Assembly (NCBI GenBank): GCA_009103225.1
Contig: RHPI01001037.1
Span: forward strand, 729,537 to 793,536
Length of the DNA: 64,000 nucleotides
Origin: Chlorokybus atmophyticus
Taxonomy: Eukaryota; Plantae; Mesostigma and Chlorokybus algae
Reading direction: 5' to 3'
The notes below the pieces were generated by a model. The model worked only from the letters and a program-made list of their open reading frames with translations. It had not been told where the DNA came from and searched no databases. Position 1 is the first letter of the stretch. Every line of letters starts with the position of its first letter. This document shows positions 23,428 to 36,455 of this stretch, piece by piece. The translations under genes and the position numbers were made by a program.

Positions 23428-24711
23428 GCTCCAACTGGTGAGCGTGTAGAAACCAGCATTTCACAAGTAAACTCCACAAACACGTATAAGAACTATGACA
23501 GAGGAGTCTCACTGCGTAAATACGTGCGTGGTGGACTTGTGGACAGACGAGCAACATGCGCATGTACTGACTGCGTGACCGACCACATTGGTGTAACTTA
23601 ATAGCACATGCACCTGATTAATTGCACATAATGCATTGCTGCTCGCAGAGTACATTATCCACTTTCGTGGACTCGCGACTGAGGTGCCAATGATTGCTTG
23701 AGAATTAACTGCTCTTGTTCAATTCAGCACTCGTTGTTCAGAGCGCTCTGCACTACATGGGACTATCTGCAGCACACATGCCTGCATGCTTGTTGCAAAC
23801 ACGCATGCAGGCACTTCATCAACACGCCCAACCACGCACCCACTCCCTCGTATATGCATTCACTTACGCTGTCGGTCACTCGCTCGCTCGCTCGCTCGCT
23901 CCCTCACCGAAGGCAAAGTGCACCCGCACCTGGCCAGGCAGCGTCTCCAGCTTCAACTCCAAATTTAGAAGAACACCACAGCCGTAGAGCTCTACCAATT
24001 GCCGGTGTCTCGCTCGACAGCCATGCCAATGTCGCCGCCGCCGCCGACGTCAGTGGCCGCACTGCTAACACTGACTAAGGCGGGAAGTAGCGGCTAGCTA
24101 GTGCCGTGTAGGCAAGTACAGCCTCCTCCCCGCAGGTAAAGTGCTTACGTATGTGCAGGCCGTCGCAATCCTCGGCCCCGCCGCCTGTGGACCGGCTCGC
24201 TGCAAGATACGATACGATTGATGAACCTGATCCCGAATACGTTCGGGCTTAGCGCGATCGGTTCGGGGGACGGTCCCCGATCTGAGATGTAAGCAGTATC
24301 TGAGGGCTTTTGCGCTGCATTGAGTGAAATATCTGCCGATTACAGGATCATGTCATGTATTAAAGCTCTTTAAGAAGATGGACGATGGATGGTTCAATCA
24401 GTGACAACGTTACGAACTGATGAGAGCGTACTAACTTGTACGATTATAAGCGCATGCAACTTGCTACCTTGCTATCATTTACGCAAAAGAATGCGTATGT
24501 GTGCACAAGTCACAATGTAAAACATAGTGCCGTACTTACTGCGCTATATTGATATAATATCATTGTACAATGTAAAACATAATAGCAGTTGTAAAAGATC
24601 AGCGACATTAAGTGCAACTAGCGGTGCGGCTGATTGGGCGTGTGATTGGGCCGGCCGGCATTAGGGCACAAGACACATCACACGCGCACCACGCAAACGG
24701 CCCCGTGACAT

Positions 24712-25467
24712 ACGGCACCCGCGACTGCCGGGCTGCGCGGTATGCGCGGCCCGCCTGCCTCTCATTGGCTAGGCGGCAATAATTAGCTATCGGCCGTTCG
24801 ATCCGTCAAAACAAATCTCGACCGTCTAGAGCTCATCCCCATGCCATGCAACTGCTCAAAGAATATGCGAATGATATATTTTATTTATGATGATCTTGAT
24901 ATCTATATGCAATTATGCCTACATATGATTTAATGCCATTGATAGGAATAAGAATATAAATCTGTAACATAAGTGCAATTATATATGGTATATGCGCACT
25001 TGTATATGAGTAATCTTATATCATATATTACTTTTTATGCATGAAAGATTACACATATATAGTATATAATGATACATAGCATGATGCATTTTTATATGCA
25101 TGTAGTATAATATTATAATATATACGTATATATATGTACATTTACATGCATTATATTTTTGGTGTATGTAATCTTTACATCATGTATATATATGTATCAA
25201 ATACATATGATATTTATGAAATGTGTACAACTATTGCAAAAATTGAGGACAACATGGTGCACATTGGGCGGCGTATGGTTTCACATGGCTTATATAATCT
25301 GAACATGTCTCACATGTATTAAGATAATACATTAAGCACTAACGTTTCTGCCACGTTACGTGCGGAGATATCCAGTGGTGCGGCTTTGGTCGGGCCATCA
25401 CACGGCACCCGCGACTGCCGGGCTGCGCGGCAGTATGTGCGGCCCGACTTCTTATTGGCTAGGCGGC
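24712..25467 (+). repeat. Pair of ~66-bp GC-rich direct repeats (24712-24777, 25402-25467) in an AT-rich island
   Basis: 29-bp identical core ACGGCACCCGCGACTGCCGGGCTGCGCGG followed by ATTGGCTAGGCGGC in both copies. Confidence 0.85.
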
Positions 25468-28045
25468 GAGTACAAGCGTTACACCGTTGAATCTGCTTAA
25501 ACGATCGTGGCCGTCCAAGCACATCCAATTGATTAAATGCATGCCAATACATATAAAATTAAGCGCAGTTCTGCATACGTGGCCGCTTATGGCTGCATGT
25601 TGATCAGCTCTATGTATTACAGAAGTAATATTTATACATATGGAAATACATTGATACATGTTGATATCTCTGATGTGTTGCAGTATGAAGCACATATGCT
25701 GCAATATGGTGCAACGTGGTGCAATATGGCTAGCAACCTGCAGTTAAGCGTTAGAATACTTAATATGCAATGTAACGTTTATGCCACGGTACGTGCTAAG
25801 ATATTCAGTAAATAATGCCAAGGTTACAATTATAAAAAAAATGCTAACCTAAATTACCTTAACGTTAAGATTCAACTAAACGAAAATTTACATCGTTAGG
25901 CCACCATTTGGTCACGCATGAGATTGATCAAATGGGATCGCAACGGTGACAACAGCCGTTGCTGAAAAAGGCAGCGAAATGGCCAATCATTGCAAAGATG
26001 CGTAAAAGATGCTGAAAACTATCTCAGCGGCAGCTGTTTACCAACGGCGACCCAAAATCGCTAGGGATTTGGTGCAATTACAGCACAATTAGTGGTTAAA
26101 TTGGTCGCGTTTTGGCGGTACGAGGTCGGGGCAGGCCCTATACCCCAAAGACATGCCGCCACTACTCACCCTTGTTCTAAGTAATCCACTCTACCGTGTA
26201 ACGCTGATTGATTACACGCTATAGTTACTGCGTCATCAAACATGGTCAACAGCCGAATGAAATTGTGCAAGAAATTTTTTTTTTAATTTTTGTTTTTTTA
26301 AAAACATCACATGTGACCAAAGAACATTTCATATTCTTTGGGTAATAAGCGATAGGTAGTAACAGGTGCACATATATAGTGTTAGGTTGGATTCAAGTCA
26401 TTCAGCAGTAAAAAAACCATGATGGTATCGATAATATATATTAAAAACTTGCATATGCATATGTATCACAAAACTTAATACTGCATATTGTTTTATAACA
26501 AGCGGTTAACGAAATACTTTGTGTACCCATTGATAAAAAACGAAAAGAAGTTGGAATGCAAATTATAAATCGTAACATAATTAACAACTATACATAACTC
26601 GACGTATTGCCAATTTCATAATTTAACAATATCGCTTTATGTTGTGGATGTGATAGATAATAATCATTAAAAACAACTATGAAATATATATACGTGTACA
26701 AATAATGCAATGCCTTGACATGCATAACCTATCGTCACAGATGTGTAACGCTCACAATCACCATCGGGCTATATATACAGTTTATCATACCTTCCCCATC
26801 GCTCCTAACCACGATAGCATACATGCATGCACCTTAAACTACCAACACACATGGTCAGCGTGTCTTTATACCAAAAATGATTACTATAGGTATGAACAAC
26901 AATCAAAATACATATGTTCGTACATATAAATGCATATATTTTAATTATGAAAGCATTATAGATACCGTAGTGACTACTTGTATGTATGCACATGTCTACG
27001 TGCACGTCTTGTAAGTTTTATAACATATTCATACATGATTTGTATGTATTGGCTCGTGTATACTTATAGACGCGTACACTACCTAGCATACTATCTCTTG
27101 TACAGTTAAACCTCTTTGAGAGCACATCATTGGTGGCAAGCATTAATGTGCAAAGAACAAAATGTGCTTTCTTTAACCCAAGCACAAAGTTTGAATAAAC
27201 CTACATCGTGATTTCTCGCCTTGCATGCACATTGTGTATACAGCAATAACCTTTATGTATGCGTATATTGCTTGCACTGAGGGAAGCAGTAGGTTCAAAC
27301 AGCTTCCCTCACTGTATGCATAACATGGCTATTTCAGATGTGCTTAAATCGAGTGTGCAGTGCGTACTACGCACCTGAGTACGGTACTCAGGGTCGTATC
27401 TTGTTTATGAACAAACATGCATGCGCAGATGTGTTCCCATGCAAACATTGAGGTTGTGCATACATTAAGGTTGTGCATAGTGAGAGTGTGCATAAAAAGG
27501 TCAGACTGTACACCCACATTGGCAATCATTAATCGGATTGATGCAAGCTGCGCAATGAAGACAATCACGAGTATCTTGCATACTTATGTATAAAATACAG
27601 ATACGCATAGTATGAACCCATACATGTTCATTAGTTGATTTATCAATCAATGGGTTTAGTCAACCTACGAATGGCACGTGAATGACATCCCACACGTGAA
27701 TAACTTATCACAAGCACTCAAACCCATTCTATTTATGGCTGCATTGAATCCGATCGCAACTTCTTATAAAGTTATCAATGTGCTGCAGGTGGACCTACCA
27801 ACAGTGCAATGCTAGTGGCCACAAGGACACTTACACCCTGGCTAATAGCAAGTTTACATCAATCCAAACTGTACACTACACCCGTGGTACCATCGTGCGC
27901 ACCCTGCATCAGCTTGGCAACCAGCGTTCCTAGCTAGTTGCCAGGCTCGGCAAACACTCAGGTCTGCTAGCTATGTACTACTATACCCTCTCCAACAAGC
28001 CAACCAACAGACCAGTCAACACTCCAGCCCCAAGTGGCCGGCCGA

Positions 28046-29864
28046 CTAGACTCCCAACTTGGAGCGCGTGCGAGCGACAGCCACTTCCTGGGGCACAAAC
28101 ACGACAGCTTTGCCCGCCTCCCATTGATCGCAACCGGGCTCTGTCGGTTTTGCGTCCAACTCCCGCCTCTCCTCGGTAAGCTTCTTTCGGTCCTGCGACG
28201 TACATGACTAATGCGTGAGCAACACTGTTGGCATGAGTCTGTTCAACAACACAGTCTGCTCTGACAGTCTGTCGTTGCTGCCCAATGCTCTGTTTGCGCA
28301 CTCTCAGATTGCACTCTCAGATTGCAGACATGGCATCATCGCGCACAACAGACTGCTGCTTACCACACCGTATCTTTCTTGCATTCTGTTCTCCTGCAGC
28401 GATCGAAGACACAGAGCAAGTCAGTGCATGCAACACTCTTTGCAAGCGACATGAAGCATGCAGTGAGTGGTGTTTGCTGAGGCATGGGAGGTGTTCAGAA
28501 CGTACGAATATGGGGTCCAGCTGGCCATCGTCTGTGAACGCCATCCCGAGCTGTGGGGGCCCTTTTGACGCTCGAAGCACATGAGACCATGACTCTTGAC
28601 ATCCGGCGGCTGCTATGAATCACAATGACAGCAGAAGTGACGGGTACATGAGCAAAGTAAGCTTGCCTAGAGGCAGGACGTCTCCTTTGTCAAACTGCCA
28701 CAGATGGATGGACTTGCCATATGTGTTCACCAGCTCCTTCATTGCCGTCAACTCCGCATGCCTGTAACACGCACGTACGCACATCAGTCAGCCCAAGCCT
28801 TCTGCTTGTAGATTCTCATGCACACTGTGCAGAAAAGCTCGTCGTAATATGCTGTGCTTACTTGTGGATGGATTCCGGCAGAGCTCCAGGCAGAAAGATT
28901 GTGCCTCCCTTCACTTCGTACACATGCGAGTGCCAGTATTTCTTCTCATCAGCTGGCAAACCTGCCAAGGCAGTGCAGCTCACTGGGCTGTTCCATTGAA
29001 CCACAGGCTCCATGTTGGTTTCAGTGTGTGAAAATAGTCTGTATACGGCGGAAGAGCTCGGCGGAGATGATGTACTCAACACCGATGATGCGCGCGTTGG
29101 CCTCGTCGGAGTCATACAGGATGCACTGCTGCACGTCTTGGTTGAGGTGATTGCAGTAGTGGTGGACCTCCACCTGCCAGGCAGTTGATGGTGTTTAATG
29201 TGATGACAACAACTATGACTGCGTGTGTCCACATTCAATCTGGTTGTTTGCCAAGCTGATACCTGCCGGGCCATGTCGTCGGAGTAGAAGTGGAAGCCGC
29301 ACAGGTGCGTATGTATCTTGCGGATGGGTCTGAAGCTCTGCTCCGCCTGGTACATTTCATGCGTCTGGTCGGTTGTATAGTAAGAACCTATATTGGGGAA
29401 GCAGCTGCATGCAACGGCAACGGACGGAGGGATTGATGCCGTGTGCCGCCGCTGTCACTAACTATAACAATGACAGCAAGCAATGTGCACTCACCGCAGT
29501 GGTGGCCTCCACAATTACTGTCTTCACCGTCTTTGGACGCCCTGGCAGATGGTCCACTGTCGCCATCTGTAAGCATACGCAACATTAATAACATTATCAA
29601 CACAACCTGAAACAACATCCATGTCAACATCAGACTGTTGTTGGGCCATGACACTTACAAGGTCAGGGTGGTTGGACCACACAGGCGCCTTCTTCGGGTC
29701 AGTCTTGCCGCGGTTCTTGTACCGCTCCCACAGCTCGTAGTACTGCTTCTCCCGCTCGCGCATGACGTCCTGATCAGGGTCCCTGTCTCTGTCAGGGTCC
29801 CTATCTCTGTCTCTGTCTCTGTCTCTCAGGCTGTCTCTGTCTGCGTCCTTGTCCTTGTCGCCAG
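28046..29864 (-). CDS. Oil body-associated protein / DUF1264 family, multi-exon; 5' end unresolved
   Basis: MATVDHLPGRPKTVKTVIVEATTA|AEQSFRPIRKIHTHLCGFHFYSDDMARQV, QQCILYDSDEANARIIGVEYIIS, EKKYWHSHVYEVKGG, PQLGMAFTDDGQLDP; last exon ends ...RSKLGV* at 28046. Confidence 0.9.
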
Positions 29865-31119
29865 CTGCACGCAAAGCAGGGAACTGCATAAATACGTTCC
29901 AAAGAGCAGCGGGAATGGTGAAGCTGTCATCCATGCATGTGCGCAGTGCATACAAGCCATTGAACCAGCATGCAACGACCATAATGCCATCATGCGCTTA
30001 TGGTAAGCGTATGACGAAAAGGTTGGTCAATTACGCAAGTTGTTGGGACTACAGTTGTAGGAAGGTGTTTGAGAGTTCCTAGATCAGGTACATGTAATGC
30101 GATATGCTGGCTCGCATGTGTGTGTACCAGCCAGCTATGCTTCCAGCCTAAATGACGACATCGCCGCCATGCTGATGTCATCATCTGTGGGCCATCAACT
30201 GTGCGTTTGGTGTTTCATGCAGAATGTCTCAAAGCTTTGTGGCAAAGAATCTACGAGGCACGCACAGGCCAACGCAGATCTCAATGTGGATCTCAAGGCA
30301 AGAGCTTACATCATCAGCAGGGGCTCTTGCTGCATCAGCATCAAGGGCCCCTGCTGACGATGTAAGCTCTGATGACAAGAGTCTTGTACTTAATCAGTAT
30401 CTTGCAAGGTGTCATGCATGCATGGCAAAGCAAGCGCATGCACAGCTTCTCGTTACAGAAACTCAGTTACTCTCGAGATCAACATCTTCTTGGCCTCTGC
30501 ATGCATGCAAGGCAAACCCCATCAGAGCCGCTGTGGTACAATATGACACTCACAGTGGGTCGTTCCGAGCAGCCTGCTGACGATGGAAGAGCCAGAGGAG
30601 CTGTCCCCACCATCCCGGTCCCGATCACGGTCGTCATCCGCCCTGGCAGAAGCATGCAGCGGGCCCAGCAGAGAGCTTCTGTTTCCGGAGCCTTCGCCTC
30701 CCACTGCCACCACCGCCGCGGCCCCCGCCACCAAGGCGGACAACCGCAGCGCCGCCGCCGCCGCCCCGCTACCCCCCACCATGCTGACAACACCTACTCG
30801 GACAACGAGCAGGCGGAGCAGGAGGAGCAATGGGCTTCAGCAGAGAGCCCAGTTGGGAGCGAATGTGCGGCAAGATGCCGGAGGAGGCAGTACCCCAATG
30901 CTGAGCTCCAGGACTTGAGGAAGCCTTCGCCGAGCTCATCCGCCCTCAAGCAGCTTTCATGCCCCCGTGAGTCAGCTTTCACCAGTGACAAGCAGCTGCG
31001 GCAGTACCGGCGGTAATCCGTGTGGCACTGCTGACGTGCATGCACATCGCGGTCAGTTGCCGCCGGTGCTCTACTGCTACTAACTAGCGCTATACGGTGT
31101 ACAGCCTGTTGCCCCCACA

Positions 31120-33180
31120 GCGGGCGCTGCTCCACGGCATCAGCTGTAGGCCTACTGTCGGTGTGGGCACCACACCAACCGACCACAGCATTGCTGAAGG
31201 CTGGTGGGGGCGGCCAGGCGCCATACCCCTTAGAGAAGCGGGTTTGTGCCCGGTCAGGCGACGCGCAGCAGGTCGCATGCTGCCGCCGAGCCACTAGCAG
31301 AAGCCGCTTCTGCTAGTGGCATAGGGACTCTATGAAGGTGTTGCAGTGAGGCGGAGGCGGAGGCGGAGGCGGGGGCGGAGTTTGCTGGGGGAGTAAGCCT
31401 GAGCTAGAAGAACACGACAGAAGTGGGCTACAGGAGTGAAGGTGAGCCTTCAAGTGCGGTCAACTGAGCAGCAGTGCTCACTAGCTATGACAACTTGGTG
31501 CATGCACGGCAGCTTGTTAGAAGCTGCGACGCATGCACCAATTCGGATGGTGCAAGTCTTGTTGGAATGCTGTTGCTTGTGTTTGAAGTGTAGTCCTCTT
31601 GGGCAGAGCATGTGGTAGTATGATGTACAAGACCGTTGTTGAGTTTCAAAGCGCCCGCACAGCGAGGGTCGAGTGCCATGCAGAAACTGTGGGGCTGAGT
31701 GTGAATGTAAGGCTACGCGACTAGGCTAGAGCATTGATAGCCTAATGTTTCCAAGTGTGCATGGTCTACCGACGTGCACGTGAGCTGTATGATAACAATG
31801 GTAGTCATCGACATGCCCTGTTCACACAACGGCTTAAGTTGGTGATAGAAGTCAAGTGGCGTTTACCGCAAGACTGCATGCGCAGGCTCTGCGGCAGCAG
31901 CTTGCTGTATTTTTGCGCCCCGCTTGAGAGTAGAGCATGGAGGGTCTGCTAGAGACGCCTGATGCATTGGAGCTTGAGACCCTGAAGCACAGGCTGGCGT
32001 CCAGCCAAGCCCAGCTGCAAGAGAAGGAGGTAGCGCATGCGGAGAAAGTGCGGGCGGAGTTGCAAGAAGAGGTGTACGCAGTCGCGCAAACGGACAATGT
32101 GCGAGCCCTTCTTAAAGCTCTGGAGAAGCAAGCAAGTTGGTACGTGCAGGAGCGAAGACAGCGCTTGAGCTGGAACAGCAGTTGAGGCAGAATCTATCAG
32201 ACACGAAGCAGCACCCACAGCATAAGGAGCAAGCGCATGCATTGTTGCTGGAGAGGGAGGCGCAACTTGCAGAGAGCTTGGCGTCTGCTCATGCGCAGCT
32301 GCAAGAGGACGCATGGGTATGGAACAAGCTGGAGAGGCAAGGAAGCCTGTTACAAAAGCTCAAATCAGCCTTGGGAAGTGTGGTAAGTGCCAATTACCAG
32401 TGATTGCCCTCATTTGTTGCATACATTGCGTCATGCCATTGTGTAGCAGGCAGGAACTCAGCATGACCAGGTCACTTCAAGTCGAGTCAACTTGAGGATG
32501 AGTCCTTGCAATTGAACTCGTTTGTCACTGTTGCTACAACACTTGCAGTTCGCTGACCACGCTGACCACTTGCTGACTGTACAGCATGACTTGCCTGAGG
32601 CCTTGGAACGCTGCTCTGATGATCAACCTTCGCAGCCTCAGATGCAGGCCATTGACTCAGTGAGTTGTACAAGCGTGCGGATGCTGGCAACGTAGTACAT
32701 GTTGCTGGACGATTCTGACTTTGCATGCTCAGTTGTGTCATTGACGCATTCATATAAAATGCTGCAGGGGCAGCATGTTTCGCACTTCCGGCACATGCAC
32801 CAAGATGGAACAGTGGGTGAAGTTGCCAGGATATACTCTCAGTTGAAGTTGTGCCAAAAGACGGGCTCTGGTATTGTGCCATCAGCAAGCGTCAGGTTTC
32901 TGGTCCATCAGCGCCGCCAGTAGCCGCGTGCAAAGTATGCCTTAGAGCCATGAGATTGACGGAGCCATCCAAGTGGGTGAAGCATTTCCGTGATGGTCAC
33001 CGTGTGTGGGAGCTTGGCGGGGAACCCTCTGACATTCACCTTGAGACCATGCTGAGTCGCACAGGAGATGCAAAGGCTTCCGCATACATCTCACTCAAAG
33101 TTGTCTCAGAAGCTATGCGATGCGGAGACAGCTATAATTTCACCTCCCAGGAGGACATGTCATTGCTGAAAAAAGCAGGA
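31120..33180 (+). pseudogene. Decayed coiled-coil + CxxC..HxxxH gene, copy A (paralogue at 37610-39670)
   Basis: MEGLLETPDALELETLKHRLASSQAQLQEKEV... coiled coil; ACKVC...KHFRDGH; frame broken several times; nucleotide blocks match copy B. Confidence 0.65.
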
Positions 33181-35722
33181 AGGATGCGGTGTTTACCGAC
33201 ACATCTGCGCTTACGTACGTTGCTTAGTGGGTTTTAACGGCATGCTGCGTGACTAGCCTGTACATATGCCGCACGCAGATAATGTAATCTGTGGAAATTT
33301 GCAAGGCTAACCGTTAGGCTGGCAGTTGCCAAAGGCTTTGGTGTTGACGCTTGCAAAGTGCGTCCCTTGTTCATTGCGTTGAGTGATTGAGTCGCGAGCG
33401 ATGTGTCCAGCCACAACAGGAACCAGTGAGTCTCCCTGACTCATTGAATGCAGTGAGTTCAGTGTCCGCTTGCCATAGCTCCTTGATGTCTTGCACGCGT
33501 CCATGCGCGTCCCCGGGCTGCAGCTGAAGCAGTGCTAGAGGGAGGCAGGGAGGGAGGACTCGGCTCCCACACTCCAGTTTGCATACTATGCAGCTTAAAG
33601 TATAAGCTGCACTCACTAGTGCCACAACGGTCCCTCAGCCTGTCTCTGTGTTCGCTTTTTCAAAATACTGTGCAGCTTGCAACTGCATTGGTTTCAAGGG
33701 AAACATTTCGTTGTACTCACTGACCATGCCATGTCGGACATGCCATGATCGTACACGCGATGCACGCGATCTCCGTGCCTCCCATGGCGGCAATGGCGCT
33801 GTTGTTGAAGTTCTACATACGCAGCTGACCCTCCTGCTTGGCCGTGAGGAGGCGTATAATTGCCTTGCAGTTCCCCCCGAAGAGGGCACGTCGGAAAAGA
33901 AGGCCCCGGAGAATGCAAGCATGAACTTGTCGCTGTTAACGACTCCACTCAGTCACAGTCTACAAACCCGTCACACGGCCCCGTCATTAAATTTACCTGC
34001 ACTGCAAAAGAAGGAGTGATATTGCCTTGAAGCACGCGTACTGGTGCATTGGCAAGAGCTGGATTTTCGGTTTGAACACCTAATTGAAGTTCGACTAACT
34101 AGTCGGACTTCAATTAGGAGTAAAATGCAGTCGTGCTGTTTGAGCGCGAACGGAAGCTGTCCGATAACAACTGTTGCAACAGTAGGATGATTACCACCAT
34201 TGCACTGCTAGTGATGCGGTTGCATGATGTGGCATACGTAGCATCTACACCCGCTCATTGGGCCCAGTCCAACCATACCGTATGTGACATGGTTGGAGCG
34301 CCCATATACGAGCGCTCTTTCCTCACCGTTTCGGTCACGTTGGAGTGGTAGTAGCTGAGCCCTGCAGCTTTTCTGAGAACTGCGTGACAGGCAGCGCCTG
34401 TGGGCTTTGCACGCATTCCTTGCGAGCGGTGCGTCATATTCGCACAGCTCCCGGGGAGCATTGCGAGCCGTTTCTCAGGTGTTCTGGGTGCAATGCCCGG
34501 CGGCAGGAGAGAGATACGCGCAGTTGTTTGTCAGTGCATGCATGTACGGGCGTGTGTGTACAATGGCTAAGGAGGAGAGCACCCATTTACAAGTGGCCGT
34601 GTGTACGCTGTGTGTGAGCATGCGTGTGGCAGTATACACTTCTGAGGTGCCGGCAGAATCCCGTGGCTCTTTTAGACGTACACTGCTTGCAAGCGTAGGC
34701 GTCTCGATTTTGCGCGTGATTATGGCTACACTACAATGCTTAACTTGAAGTTGAAGGGAAATGGCTCATAACTCTTATGAGCTTTAGCAGCGACTAGTTT
34801 TCACACGTCGTTTGGCTTTTGGAAAGCATGATGTAAGTGTCTGGTTGCGGCAACAACTTGCCGCTCAAGCATCTCTGTGTCACGCGGTTGATATCATTGA
34901 ATGACGTTGGTGTAGCCACTCATTGCCGTTCACGCCTGTCGCACAAGAAGGTCTGTTTAGAGGTATGTTCAGAGCTATGCACTCGGGCAGAAGCCTATAC
35001 GTGGGTTCGGTCAGTCCGTATGCATAGCAGTGCCTAGAGGCCAGTGCGTGGTGGTAAAGTAAGTGGTGAGATGAAGGTTGTCATCAAGTGCCATACTGGT
35101 TTACTATTTGCTATGCGATAGAGTCAGCTGCAGTAGTGTGCTCAAGCATGTACTGTGAGTACAAGTATGGCGGCGTTTAATCGTTGTCTCTGCTGTTGAG
35201 GCTGGTTTGCCTGGTATAGGCAAGTGAGTATCACACATTATCCTAACGTCCCATGCGCACACACGCACAGGCACACATAGATAAGATCACAAGAGATTAC
35301 AAAAGAACATGCACCCACGCCTGTGCTCGCACACACCCACCCACGCGCGCGCGCACACAGAGTTTCATGAGCGCATGAGAGCGCGCATGCGCATGCACAC
35401 ACATACACTGCACCGCAGCACCACCGCTCAGCGTGCTCTCATCTATGCTCAGCATTCTAGAGCACACACGCACACTCCAGTCGAATCATTTGATGATGAT
35501 CAGCTGCGGTTTTGCAGACAAGCTGGACAGTTGGTCTCAGCTCCTCCTGCACTGTCAACACTGCAAGTGCACACGTGTCAGCCTGTGTTGCTCATATATC
35601 ACGGTCATGTCATGCTACAATACGCTGTGGTGACCCTCTAGTGATCATCGACCTACAACGCTGATTCTCGACAACAAGCGCGTCTGCATTCCACGAGATG
35701 GTCTGTAAACTGCTTCATGTAA

Positions 35723-36455
35723 TCAGACCAAACATGCCAATATACGCTTGAAGACTAAGTCAGCTGCATTCGGGTCTTCCGGCCTCTGTACTATCTCCGA
35801 CATCAGGGCAAGGCCTCCTGCAAGAAGGTAGCTGTTCACCGTGTCTGTGGGGATGCACGCCTCATAGCGCAGCATGCCTCTCCCATCTTTGAAACATGTT
35901 GTACGGGAACTGAAGGAAGCACCGTGTGGCGGGAACGTGCAGCATCTCTCCATCAGAAGCCCTCACTACAAAGATGTCAAGCCTGATTTGGTCAGCTAGG
36001 ACACCACCTATAGACTGCAGGGCCTCCTGCGTTGCTGGACCCAAAGTACAGTCTCTATCAATCTCATAACGCTGAAGACATCGCCGTTGCACTCAAATCG
36101 AACGGCGACTCGTGCGGCAAAAGCAGGTTGCGGTTCATGTAGCGCAGGATGAAGACCACGTCATCAAGCTCCAAAGCATTGCAAGAGAGGTTTGACTTTG
36201 TCAACTCGCTCACAAGCGCTATCTCCTTGTAGCAGAGCTGCACGTGGGACCTTAGCGTGGCGTGCAGAGGCCATCTCTGTTGATAGTAATCGTCCTCGAC
36301 ATCGTCGGCTGCCTGTTTCCACTGCTTGTTGACGCACCGAATACGCACGCCATCTTTGGACATAAGAACTTGATAATCAAGCGTAGCAGGTCGCCGTCTT
36401 CGAAAACAATTGCTTGCACTGTTTCGGACTGCCCGTCCACACCTGATTCCTGCAT
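35723..36455 (-). pseudogene. Frameshifted F-box-like gene
   Basis: FEDGDLLRLIIKFL in one frame continues as SKDGVRIRCVNKQWKQAA in another (F-box pattern); a second frameshift lies near 36064. Confidence 0.6.
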
